In this document: positions 39,191 through 52,293 of the stretch, in pieces
How positions within the stretch are numbered: the first letter of the stretch is position 1
Layout: each line of letters begins with the position of its first letter
NCBI GenBank assembly: GCA_964016885.1
Contig: OZ024744.1
Coordinates: 36,580,001 to 36,644,000, forward strand
Source of the DNA: Eledone cirrhosa
Taxonomy: Eukaryota
Direction of reading: 5' to 3'
DNA: 64,000 nt
Program-made: the position numbers and the translations under genes
Notes under the pieces: generated by a model
The model's database searches: none
The model's input: the letters and a program-made list of their open reading frames with translations, nothing else
Told to the model about the DNA's origin: nothing

Positions 39191-41377
39191 TTGATAATGT
39201 CTTGGAACTCATACGGAGTATCAAATTGCGGAATAGGGGCAATTCCTTCCAGCAGGACCTGAAGAATAGAATTCGTTCTATTAAGGATTCTAATGTCGTG
39301 CACGTCCATTTCGACAAAACTGGTAACCTATATCAAGTGGAGCGCAGTACTTACCATCAACTGCTACATAATGCTGTAACTAAGGATTACCGTAAAACTA
39401 ATCGATGCGTCATCATTATAAATCAACGATGCTGGGTTTAAAATCACATCTGATCTCAACATCCTGGACCTGACCGAACCTCTGGACCCTATTTATCCCC
39501 ACTTTACCCTAAAGGATCACAAATCCAATTTTCCGAACAACCCCTCTATTCGGCTTATTAACCCTACGAAGTCCGATTTAGGTAGTAAAACGATTCTTGA
39601 TAGAATTATACCTGGAATTAGAAGGTTGGCCCCTCTTGCACTGTGGAACAATTCTTTCGCGGTGATTGATTGGTTCAACGGCAAATGTAACAAGGAACAT
39701 TGCCGTTTTATCCAATTCGACATCAATAATTACTACTCTTCATCACTTTACCACTTCTCCTTAGAGCTATCAATTTCGCTAAAACACTCACAGTGGTTAA
39801 GGATTTCGAAGTTGATGTCATCCTCAATGCCCGTAAGTCTGTGATTAATTTCGCCGACTCTATTTGGATTAAAAAATCCAATAGTACCCCATTCGACGTG
39901 AGTATGTGCGCCAACAATTCTGCGGAGGTTAGTGATCTTATCGGCCTTTTCCTTCTTTTCTCTATCAAGGACGAATTCCTCAACGCGGGCGGTGGTTTGT
40001 ACCGTGATGATGGTCTTTCGACCATGACTAAGTTCGGACCTCGTGCTTGCGACTGGTTCAGAAATGAACTCACAGCCTTCTTTAAAGGATTCAACCTCTC
40101 TATACAGGTTGAGGCCAATCTCTCGGTCGTTAATTACCTCGACGTTACCCTAAATTTATCGAATGGGTTGTATTACCCGTATAGAAAGCCGAATGATACG
40201 CTTAATTACATAAGTAAGCATTCCATCTTTCCTGTCTATCTACTAACGAGCATATTTTCAACGTCCATTCCACTTATTACAATGAAGCTCCTGCTCGGAG
40301 TGGATTTGTCGACAAGGTAGCATATACAGAGTACGAAAATAGACCTAGAAGAAATAGATCCCGTCGCATTTGTTGGTATAACGCACCATATAATATGGAG
40401 GTGGCCACACCATTAGCTAAGATCTTTCTTTCCCTTATTACGAAGCATTTTCCCCCTACACATAAATATAGTAAAATTTTTAATAGAAAAACTATTAAAA
40501 TTTCTTACTCTACGACTCCTAACCTTGCACATAACATCACAGCTTCAAATTTAGCTAAACTACCTAACCGCAGGAACACGTGCAACCCTGTAGTTAGTAC
40601 TAGCTGTAATTGTAGGAATCGGGTTGATTGCCCCCTATCCGGGAAATGCCTCTCTAGTAACATTGTCTACAAATGTAAGGTTGAAACACCCACGTCCCGT
40701 AGGGCCTACATAGGGTTAACCGCCAATAGATTCAAGCAGCGTCTTTACATGCATACCCATTCTTTTCGTTACCCTCTAACAAGGAATATGACGTCACTTT
40801 CAGCTTATATCTGGAGTCTAAAAGACAACTACACCCAATATAAGTTACACTGGGGGATCCTAGCTAGGGCTAGATCGTATAACGGAAATAAAAGACCATG
40901 TGACCTCTGCGCCGCTGAGGCCCTGGAAATACTCTACGCCACAGACCACATCTCAAACAAAAAATCTGAGGCAATTTCGGCTTGTAAACATAAATTGCAC
41001 AAAACCTTCCTGTATTACAGCCCCACGTTATACCCTAACGGATAGTACGATCTATACGTGGATATTTTACGACTTGATGTGGTAGTTATGTTTTGTTTAT
41101 ACCATTACTTATTTGCATAGAGAACGTTTCCACGAACCAAAGTATCGTCTTCCTGTCTTCCTCCGGTTGCAACGTTTTTTTAAAATTTCCACTTCTGCGT
41201 TTAAAGATTAAGTTTGTTAGTTTCAGAAGATCCCGTTAAGGGTGAAAGCAGCGATTCTTTTCTTAAACTTTAATATGTTATTTTAATAAATATTTGCTCT
41301 ACGGTTCTTATATATTTGATATATATTTATCCTTATCGAGCCCTCTTTGGATTTTAGTCTTCAAATTTATTATTATT

Positions 41378-41380
<3 letters not shown>
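39190..41380 (+). mobile_element. Naiad-like PLE, 5'-truncated; RT frameshifted, GIY-YIG ORF at 40395-41045
   Basis: DKTGNLY, RLINPTKSDLG, FIQFDI, GLYRDDGL, NYLDVTLNL, YRKPND, WYNAPY, CNCRNRVDCPLSGKCL, YIGLT..FKQR and CDLC..E; ends in (TA)n. Confidence 0.92.
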
Positions 41381-41450
<70 letters not shown>

Positions 41451-41452
<2 letters not shown>

Positions 41453-41943
41453 TGTAACAAGTTATCGTTATAGGTAATCCAGTTAGAGGTTGTGAGTACT
41501 CTCGTCGTGGTTAGTTTTAACGTACGGCTTTGTTTGACTAAACAAGATGTTTCCATAGTTAGACAGCGAGTTCGCGGTAATTCCTATGTAGGTTATACTT
41601 GGAGTAATAATAGTGAACGAATGAAGAGTAACATGGTTGTCTGTACAACAAGGGGCTTTATTTCAGGTATTGAAAATTGTTTCATTGACCAGGTGAGTCT
41701 AGAGGTCGCTAATCGCTTGAAGTTGCGTCACTCGATCTCCATTACATTATTTACTTCTGATCAACACATGAGAATACGTATTCTGATGTTTTGATCAGAG
41801 GTAAATAATGTAATAGAGATCGATTGACGTAACTTCAAGCGATTAGCGACCTCTAGACTCACCTGATCAATGAAACAATTTTCAATACCTGAAATAAAGC
41901 CCCTTGTTGTACAGCCAACCATGTTACTCTTCATTCTTTCACT
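41451..41943 (-). mobile_element. Family F-related palindromic foldback centred on gaatacgtattc (~41777), tail 41451-41610
   Basis: Arms 41611-41777 and 41778-41943; long-stem-II HHR motif in each arm; tail homologous to 12600-12715. Confidence 0.88.
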
Positions 41944-42024
41944 ATATATATATTTATATATATACCAGGGAGTGTAACTTGGAGTTACTGTAGGTTCACC
42001 CGGGTGAGCACTCGATGTTTAGAT

Positions 42025-42888
42025 TCACTTCAGTGCAAATGAGCTGGGCATGAATTGGGACAGCGTCTGGAAGATTCTCACTGAAGATTTGAACATGCGG
42101 AAAGTCTGCGCGAAGATGGTGCAAAAACTGCTGAACGATAACCAGAAGGGTCGACGCATGCAAGTGTTCCAGGACATCCTCGAGCGTCTTGAAACCGAGC
42201 CAGACTTGCTAGGGACAGTCATCACCCGTGATGAGTCATGAATCTTCGAGTACGACCCGGATACCAAACACCAGAGCCTTCAGTGGAAGAGTCCGTCGTC
42301 GCCAAGGCCGATGAAAGCACGATAGTCGAAGTCCAAAGTCAAGGTCATGTTGATCACATTCTTCGATGTGAGGGGGATCGTCCACTACGAGTTCTTATCA
42401 CAGGGCTAGACGATCAGCCAACATGTCTACAAAGAGATACTGCAGCGTTTGCTTCATTCAGTGCGTGAGAAGAGGCGAGAGTTGTGGCACGACAACTCGT
42501 GGCTGCTTCACCATGACAACGCGCCTGCCACAATGCCCTGAGCATCCGACAGTTCCTGGCCGAGAAGAACATCTCCGTGCCGGAGCAACCTCCCTACTCC
42601 CCCGACGTGGCTCCATGTCATTTTTTTCCTATTCCCCTAGATCAAGGGGGTCATCAAGGTGACCCGTTTTGAAGACGTGGACGACATCAAAAAGGCTGTG
42701 ACGACGGAACTGCGGAGGTTCCCGGAAGAATCCTTCCAGGAGTGCATGCAAGCGTGGCAGAAAAGGATGGAAAAGTGCATTAGACTCCAGGGGGATTACT
42801 TTGAAGGAGAAATCTCTTAGTGTGAAGTTTGGGTTTGAAATAAATCATTTGTGACATCAGTCCTGGAACTTTTCTGACACACCTCGTA
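42025..42888 (+). mobile_element. Mariner (DD34D) transposon, 5'-truncated pseudogene with 3' TIR
   Basis: ITRDES, HDNAPA, PPYSPD and QGDYFE; terminal ...gaacttttctgacacacctcg followed by TA. Confidence 0.92.
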
Positions 42889-43329
42889 TATAATATAATA
42901 TATTATATTATAAAATTAACGACGATCGCTGGTATTAAATCACCGTTCTTCGGCCAACGTCTAGCTCACTCAATGAATCTGCCAAGTTGCTGTAATGCAG
43001 CTGCAATTAGCTGTTGAGAGTGTACACTTTTAGTTAATAGCAGATACGGTGGCTGTGTTTTGGTAGAGAGAAAGGTAAAAATCTCAACTCCTGGACGATA
43101 TCTTTTGTGTGAATATAAATATATATAAACACATATTTATGAACGACACTTATTTACATTTTTAAAATCAATTGACAACAGTAGAGGTAGTTCAAATCAT
43201 TCAATTAATGTCACATTAGTACATAATACTAAAGCACCGTCAGGGAATTAATTCAGGATTTGCATGATGAGAGTCCCATAGGTATATGTCAATATATATA
43301 TATACATATGTCAATCGCATGCTTTCTAA

Positions 43330-44600
43330 ATAATCCTCATAACGCTAGTCATACTTACAATATGCTGAATGTTATGTCTTTTCGCGATGGCATGAAAGTA
43401 TGAATTATGTCAAATGAAGAATGCTCTTAACCCTTTGGTGTCATAAACGTTATGAAGTAAGGTTGGATCATGGCGCCTGTTCTCTCTGCTTTCTTTTTCT
43501 CTATAATGTTCCAGTATCCATTTGTTGACTTGTATAATGATGTCATATTTGGATTCCGTACATCAGGTGGGTTATTCAACCATCAGCACTTTAAGAATAA
43601 AAACACACACACGAACACATGTTATTCGTAAATTGTTGTTTGCGTATTGTGCTGCACTTGTTCAACCTGTTGCTGAGTCACAAGTATTGATGGATTGCTT
43701 CTTGCTTGCCTGTAAGACATTTCTTTTAGTACTCAGCATTAAGAAGACTGATGTGGTGTATCAGCCAAGACCAACCACACTCAGACAAGTATAAGATGTG
43801 GAGCAAGGACAGCTGGAGCACTTCAATCCCTGTGTTCCATCACTGATGGTGGCAAGGGTCTGAGGTATGAGAACTCCTTTACTTTCCTTGGTAGCAAGGT
43901 GAACCGATCTACATCCCTGGGTGATGAGATCGTCAATACCGTCGTCAAAGCAACTGAGGCCTTTAGCAAACTACCTCTTCGTTTATGGGGTATCAGAGGT
44001 ATATCCTTGAAAACAAAAGTTACAATTTATCATGCAGCGGTAATGACAACAATGTTATACGGCACAAAGCCATAGACATTTCATCATACACACATTTGTA
44101 AGCTTGATGTCTTCTACAAAAATTGTCTTCCCTCTATGCGATCTGTGCTCAATGCCGATCTGTCCACGTCTACAACATTGGTGTGATCCACTCATTTCTG
44201 ATGCAATACCATCTTAGATAGACTGGTCATGACATATGGATTAATGATGACCGCACACCCAAGCTACTGTTGCATAGTAAATTTCATTACGGTGTACGTA
44301 ATGTAAGTAGAACATTACTCAGATGTTAAGACAAACTGAAGTATAATCTTAAATCTGTGAACATTCGTCTTACTTCTTTTGAAGCCCTAGTTGCTGACCG
44401 TGGAAAATGGAGAACTGTCTGAATGAAGGTATAAAGAACTTTGAAATACTTATTCTGCTTAATCTTCGTGATCCAAGATGTAACAACAAGATCCGAACGA
44501 AACTTCCCTCCTGCTCCGCTCAAAATCTTGCCAGCTGCACTAAATACGCCTTCACGTGTAAGTCAGCAGCTAGACTGAAGTTCCATTTAATGCATAACCA
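43330..44600 (+). mobile_element. Old RTE (BovB-like) LINE fragment
   Basis: Degenerate IRKLLFAYCAAL, SIKKTDVVYQP, FLGS, KTKVTIYHAAV..MLYG, and a terminal C2H2 relic CKSAARLKFHLMHNH. Confidence 0.75.
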
Positions 44601-45299
44601 TAAACATGAACTGAGTAGACTGTTGAACCCTCATACATCGATGTACGACAGGAAAGTCCTACACATATATATATATACACTGGTATGTGTGTATGCATGT
44701 TTGTGTGTGGATGGGTATTTATACACATGTACAAACATCGTTAGATACATATATGCGTACATGTGTTTGCCTGTATACTTCTCTGTACATATGCGTTTGT
44801 GTGCGTGATTGCGTATGAGTGTGCACATTTGTGTACGTGAGTGTATGTGTATGGTGTAAGGTTTCATTCATTTCTATTAAACTAGATTAGTCCATATTGA
44901 TTGATATATTCACTCTTCTGTATTTATTAGTGATCAGTAAGTATCGACAATGGAATATTAATGATCCGATAATATCGGCAGTATAATCTACTGACCAAAA
45001 CTTCGACTGCACAACTAGAGCACATTTACAAGATAAAGTAAAACATCTAGAAACCTAGTGAAGGTGGGCGTCGGAAGCAATTATTAAATCAATAGGAGTC
45101 TTCATACTATAATGCTATGTTTGCAATTCACAGTTATCTGCGTATCTCTAAACATGGAATCAAAGCCCTCGGCGAACTATCATATTTCTAGGTTGGAATC
45201 TAGCCAGTTTGTAACCCCCCCCCCCCCCACATGTATATATATATAAATGTATGTATATATATGTATATATGTATGTATATATGAGTGTATATATATATA

Positions 45300-45775
45300 T
45301 GTAAAAAGTAAACAGAAATTGCAACACAATCGGTACAGTATATGGAAGGGATATATCAGGTTAACACTTGATATAGCAGGAAGAGGGTCTTAACGTTTCG
45401 GATGCTAGTCTTTCATCAGAAGAAAGAATGAGAAATAAGATAGATTGAGGGGACGGGCGGGTTGGAATTGGAAAAAATGTCTTTAGATAAAAATGACAGG
45501 TCCATTCATGTTGACATCTCTTGGAAAACTGTTGGTGCTGGTGTTTTGTGTATGATTTATTTTTAGAAAAGTGGATGATGGCAGGCGTCTACCTGAAATA
45601 GAAAGAAAAAACGTTTTCTAAAAAGAGCTAGACTTCAGAACGTGCGTAAGGATGTGTTTGAGTGTGTGTGCATCTAAGTACGAAGCTATGAGCAATATAA
45701 GGGTGTGTATGTGTTTATACAGAGCTGTGAAGGAAAAAGTGGAGTGAGCATATATAGTCGGCATGTATTAGTTGT
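45300..45775 (-). mobile_element. pLTR-like fragment (family N) with HHR at 45388-45423
   Basis: tctt CTGATGA aagactagcatcc GAAA cg TT aaga; homologous to 54190-54478 (+). Confidence 0.8.
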
Positions 45776-45853
45776 AAGAGAAGCTGCTAATGATCAAGAG
45801 GAAGCGATAGGAATCTAGGGGTGAATATACAAGCGCATGTGATAATGGACGGG

Positions 45854-45958
<105 letters not shown>

Positions 45959-46083
45959 AATGGAAAAGAATGAAACACAAATTTCATTTCTCACATTTAA
46001 TACGGCTGATACTTAAATATAAGTATGTATACGTACATACATATATGTATACAGACGTACAGTAGTACGTATATACATACATG

Positions 46084-46131
<48 letters not shown>

Positions 46132-46135
<4 letters not shown>

Positions 46136-46594
46136 AAAAACTGTGGAGAAGAATACTGCTGGTTGCACATGGATAACATGTAATAAAATAAGTCCCTCAT
46201 CAGTGATTTGCCGACGATCATAGATATTTCATTGCATTAAAAATCATATACCTCACGTCGGTGCAATAATAACTAAATTAAGTTATTAGGACAATTAAAA
46301 CGCGTAAAGCGAGTGAAACAAGATAACAACAAAGAGGATAGCTAGCCGTAGAAGGAAGGGAACAAGCTTCATAGTTATTCTGTTAGCATAAGCTAGGTGA
46401 ATATATGAGCGCTTAGAAAAAAGACCTTTCAGGAGCGAATTCAAATGTGAGAAAGAGAGAAAATGATTTCGTCGCGAAGGGGGTGAAGTGAGAAGAGGAG
46501 AAACAGTGAGTGAGTGAGTGGAAGTGCGAGGAAGAGTTAACTGACATGACAGAGGGGCGAAAGAAAGTAGGAGAAACAGAGAGAGCGAGGGAGC

Positions 46595-46645
<51 letters not shown>

Positions 46646-46736
46646 AACAGAATCGCAATTTAGGTAAATATATGTGAAAAAATGGGGAGAAGAATACTGC
46701 TGGTTGCACATGGATAACATGTAATAAAATAAGTCC

Positions 46737-46740
<4 letters not shown>
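46132..46740 (-). repeat. 540-bp unit with a ~70-bp terminal direct repeat (family O), flanked by (TA)n
   Basis: tgtgaaaaa.tg.ggagaagaatactgctggttgcacatggataacatgtaataaaataagtccctcat at 46132 and 46672. Confidence 0.8.
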
Positions 46741-46815
<75 letters not shown>

Positions 46816-46819
<4 letters not shown>

Positions 46820-47530
46820 GTATGGGTTTACCGAACATTTATTATAATGTTCGGTTTGTTTGTAAACAAACAGCCCGAATTAAGCCGTACAGTGTTCGGC
46901 AACCATCGTTGCCCATTTGTTCAACACTGAAAAAGGAACGATGAACTAGTTTCAAGCTTATTAGCTATCGTCAGCATCGTATACCTTCCTGTCAGATGAT
47001 ATGATTGAACGTTTGAAAGTATAAGGTTATTAAAAGCTGAGCAGCCTAATTTGCATATCGGGTGAGTTAATCGGCCGGCTGTACCGAAAACGATAAATGG
47101 AAATGAATAAAACGAAAATTTCATTTCTAACTCTTAATACGGCTGTTACTTAAATATAAGTATGTATACGTAGATACATATATGTATACAGACGTACAGT
47201 ATTATGTATATATATACATACATGCACATATATATATATATATGTTCGTATGGGTTTATCGAACATTTATTATAATGTTCGGTTTGTTTGTAAAGAAACA
47301 GCCCGAATTAAGCCGTACAGTGTTCGGCAACCATCGTTGCTCTTTTGTTCAACATTGAAAAAGGAACGATGAACTAGTTTCAAGCTTATTAGCTATCGTC
47401 AGCATCGTATACCTTCCTGACAGATGATTGAACGTTTGAAAGTATATACTTTCCTTATGCATATTAACGGCTGAGCAGCCTAATTTGCATATCGAGTGAG
47501 TTAGTCCGCCGGCGTACCGAAAACGATAAA
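46816..47530 (-). mobile_element. Family A tandem, ~1.7 units, two HHRs (46938-46980 and 47366-47408), period 428 bp
   Basis: acgatg CTGACGA t-agct-aata-agct-t GAAA ctag TT catcgt occurs twice. Confidence 0.9.
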
Positions 47531-47565
47531 TATTTAATATTTATTATTTATTTGTATTGATCGTT

Positions 47566-48697
47566 CTATTTTGCCGTTAAGCAACATCTTTTCATACTTT
47601 CAAATATGGAACAGCTCGATATTGCAAATCCGCGGTGGGACATTCCATTGTTGCAGGCCCTTGCTCCCGATAATTTCGACCAACTAATCCTATATTGCTG
47701 GTGTATGGCCTTAAGCTGCCACATTTTATTGGCCAGCGATATTGAGTTCTCTAGTCTACGGTTCTTCATAGAGTGCCTGTGAACGTACCATCTTTTTTTG
47801 AAATTCCCAGCGGTAGAACCTATGTAGTACCAGGCTAAGTTGCCCGAATTTATAGTACACAGGTACACCATACTTGATTACAGGCATCTATTTTGCAGTA
47901 GGCACTTATCCGGCAGGTGGCAGTTACAGTTGGAGACTTTCTTGTGCGCAGGTACTCCTTTGCGGTTTTGTATGTTGTTATGGATGGGCTGATATTTAGG
48001 CTTATTGCTGTTTTGTTGCGATGCGACCTGATGTGTGTGTGGTTGTGATGTTGTTATGTGTTTGCGTTTTGTATTTGGTGCTATGGTGTATGTTGGTAGG
48101 TCATTTTCTTTAGAGATTCTTTTGTAGTTGATTTCATGTATGTGTGATTCTATGTTGGCTGCAGTAAAGCAAGAGAATTTGATAGTTTTTCTGTTAAAGA
48201 TTCTATGGTATTTGTGTAGTTTAGTGAAGTGTTTTTCAATTAGCTTAAAGAATGTAGAAGGTAGTTTGTTTTTTTATAGAAGATTTGAATATTGGATTGA
48301 ACCATAATTATTTCCTATCTCTGGATTTTCCATAGTTCCTAGGAGTCCCTATATTAGTATTCGGTTCAGTTATTTCTGGTGCTCGTTGTCTATTTCTATG
48401 TTTAGTTCTAAGTTTGTTATTTCTATAGGTGTGGGTAGTGTTGCTGTCGTTAGGTTTTTTGTTGCTGTCTCTATCTGGTGTGTATTTGAGCCCCTCCTTA
48501 TGGCCTGCCTTATGTAAAGCTATGTTATTGTAGTTTGCGTGTTCGTTAAAAATCTCTAGATTTGAAGATAAGCGGGATATTCTGAGGGATATACTATGTG
48601 CTATGGAGTTAATTATGGATCGAGGGTGGTTTGAGTTATAACTAATGTAGGCTAATTTTGTACAGCCAACCATGTTATTCTTCAATCTTTCACTATA
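47566..48697 (-). mobile_element. Naiad-like PLE fragment (RT thumb to GIY-YIG) with a short inverted F-type pLTR piece at 48655-48697
   Basis: YISYNSNHP..SLRISRLS, WFNPI, IFNRKTIK, CNCHLPDKC and YYIGST.GNFKKRW. 48660-48695 matches 41909-41945. Confidence 0.85.
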
Positions 48698-48791
48698 CAT
48701 ATATAAGTGAGCTATAGAAATCTACTGGTGAATGTACAAGCGCGCGTGTGATAGCGGATGGGATATATGTATATATATTTATAAATGTATG

Positions 48792-48889
<98 letters not shown>

Positions 48890-49041
48890 CATAATAAGGG
48901 TTGACGGACCCACCATATTTATCAATGCCAGTACCGGTTGTATCTCAGCGAACTCAATGGGCAACGTAAGATACATTACCAGAGTATACACATAATTATC
49001 TGCCTCAACATAGCACACGTAAAACGAGTGCCTATAAAGTT

Positions 49042-49151
49042 CCCGGACTCGAGTTTCTGCCGCACTAATGCAGCTGTAAGGTGCACTGCACCATCTGTCT
49101 GCATATATTATGCAACAATGCACAATCGGCTTATGCGGCTTCATCAGCGGG
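49042..49151 (-). ncRNA. Type I HHR with ~80-nt branched stem II (family P; element ~48896-49245)
   Basis: cccg CTGATGA a-gccgca...gtgcattg..tgcata-ata-tatgca..cagtgcac...tgcggc-a GAAA ctcgaGTC cggg. Confidence 0.85.
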
Positions 49152-49368
49152 TTTCGTCTAATCAATAACCAATCGATCGACATAATCCAAACACCGGCCC
49201 GTGCCGGTCATGACTGTTTGTGACAACCAACATGGTAAAGCGATTATATATATATATATAAATATATATATACATATATATATATATATACATATATATA
49301 TAAATATATATATATACACATATATACACACATATACACATATATACACACACATATACCCCCCCCCC

Positions 49369-49435
<67 letters not shown>

Positions 49436-49476
49436 TTATAGATATAGATATATATACATATATATATATATATATG

Positions 49477-50266
<790 letters not shown>

Positions 50267-50480
50267 GTGTCTGGTTAGGAGTCATCTAAACCACGTTTTA
50301 TCGAACCTGATTTCATATATATATGTATATATGTATCATGTGTATATATATATGTATTTTATATGTGTATATATGTGTATTTTATATATATGTATGTATA
50401 TGTATGTATATATTTTATATATATATGTATATGTATGTGTATTTTATATATATGTATGTACCAGATAGTAGTTTATATAT

Positions 50481-50525
50481 AGTCATAGTTCTTTCGTCAC
50501 ACACTGTGTGACCTCTTCAGTGACT
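50481..50525 (-). ncRNA. Type I HHR (family I; element ~50270-50850)
   Basis: agtca CTGAAGA g-gtcacac-agt-gtgtgac GAAA gaac TA tgact. Confidence 0.85.
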
Positions 50526-50859
50526 GGGGATTCCTTTCTTTGTTTCTGTGCCTCTCCTTTGTTCTGTCCTACGCCATTTTGTTTCTGTGTGTGTGTTGTG
50601 TGCTCAGTCTGCGCATGTGCCACATGTTTATGTTCATTTATTTATTTATTTGTTTATTTACCAGTAACATTACTGGTTGGTTGTTTGTTCTATGTGTGTG
50701 TGTGTTTTCATTTTGTCCTTAATTGTAAGTTGTGATGTTGCTGTTCCACTCATATTTTCTATTTAATTTTGGTTGTAATTCTTTTATGTTTATTGCCTCT
50801 GTAATTTGTCTAAACATTGCGTCTTTTCTGTGTGTAGATATATATAGTTAGGGAAGCAG

Positions 50860-52293
50860 AAACATTGCTTATTGTGATCCAATTCGTGTTTAAGAAAGCC
50901 AGTTTCATGGACGGTTTCAACTTACGGTTAGGGGTAACTCCACAAGTTTGTAAGAATTCCGTTCAATCTTGGAGTATAAAGTATAAAAGAGAAAAGACAG
51001 GTAAGCATTAAGAGAAGGGTTTTATCCAGGTATTTACGACCGTTTCATTGGTAAGTGCAACCTTATACTGCTATACTGCAAATAGCAGCCACTCAATTAT
51101 AATTGTTGTTCACGTCCAAATTTTCAAAATAGTGAGTAAGTTACTCTTAAAAAAGTTCTTAATATATAGAGAAAAACATTTTGTTGGAATTGTATTTACT
51201 AGTATAGACAGAGAGGAAGGAGGAGAAGAGTTAGGAAGTAGAGTGACAAACTGAGATGGAGGGAGGGGGTAGAGGTGGAATGATTCCTTGATCAGTTTTG
51301 ATACGTAGACTTCATGTCGTCGAGTGTAGTGAGTTAAAGATAATTAAATCGATCATAGTGGGAGGGATGGAGAGAGAGAGAGAGAGAGAGGGGGAGGGGA
51401 TATAAATAGATAAATATATATATAAAAAGATAAAGATAAAAATAAAAGTAAAGAAGGGAGGAGAAAGAAGAAAAGAAAAGATAGCCAAAAGGGGAGGGAA
51501 GAAAGGAAGAAAACGAAGAAATAGAAGAGGAATGAAGGAGAAGGGAGGGATATAGGTATTGGATTTTGTGGGCAATTAAAGGGATTAGATACAATAAGAG
51601 GGTATAAAGTCTAAGTATATGCAGTTTGTCAGTTGGTAGTAAGAGGTTAAGTGTTCGATTTGCACTTGTAGTGCGAAAACTTTTCTTTGTGTCTATGGTT
51701 ACAATAAATTGATCTTTCGATTTTATTGTTGAGTAACTTATTCTTCGAACTTAAGATGTGGAACCGCTCAAGGTCACATAATCGACAGCTTCTCATACCA
51801 CGTAAATGCGTGTGTGCGTGTGTTTCTGGAGTTTGTGTTATGCGTGTTCGTGTGCGCTTTGCGGAGGCTTTCATCTACATATTCTACTCTATTTAAGTGG
51901 CCTGCCTTGTCTAATGCGGTATTGTAGTATTCTGCATGTTCCTCGAAGATTTGTCGGTTAGGCGAGAGGCGGGAGATCCTAAGGGATATGCTGAGTGGAA
52001 TGGATTTAATTATGGATAGTGGGTGGTTTGAGTTACAGTTGATGTATGCTAAGTTTTCATTAATCTTGTGAAAAGGTCTTATAGTGAGTTTAGCGACCTT
52101 CACGGTGGAATCTACAGAGACGACACCCTTCTCCTAGTTAAGAACCTAAATAACCAGAGCGTAGAAAGACTCCGTAAGAATATTAGAAAGTATCTCGGGA
52201 AACTAGGCCTTAGCATAACGTATGAGTATAGCACTAAAACAGTTAACTTTCTAGACGCGACGCTTAACCTAAATACGAGACTTATAAGACCTT
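50860..52293 (-). mobile_element. Naiad-like PLE, internally deleted, with F-type pLTR/HHR (51031-51131) and inverted RT piece 52085-52293 (+)
   Basis: YINCNSNHP..ISLRISRLS and CRLCDLE..LLNNK on (-); GGIYRDD..NFLDATLNL on (+). Confidence 0.85.

Noticed and set aside
39190-41380. Selenocysteine recoding (UGA plus SECIS), as reported for some Naiad elements
   Set aside because: Conserved Cys positions in the GIY-YIG ORF are normal TGT/TGC, the RT breaks are frameshifts, and no SECIS was recognised.
41490-41565. ~75-nt segment present in this tail but absent from the homologous tail at ~12675, considered as a spliced intron
   Set aside because: It starts with GT on the sense strand but does not end in AG, so a simple deletion is as likely.
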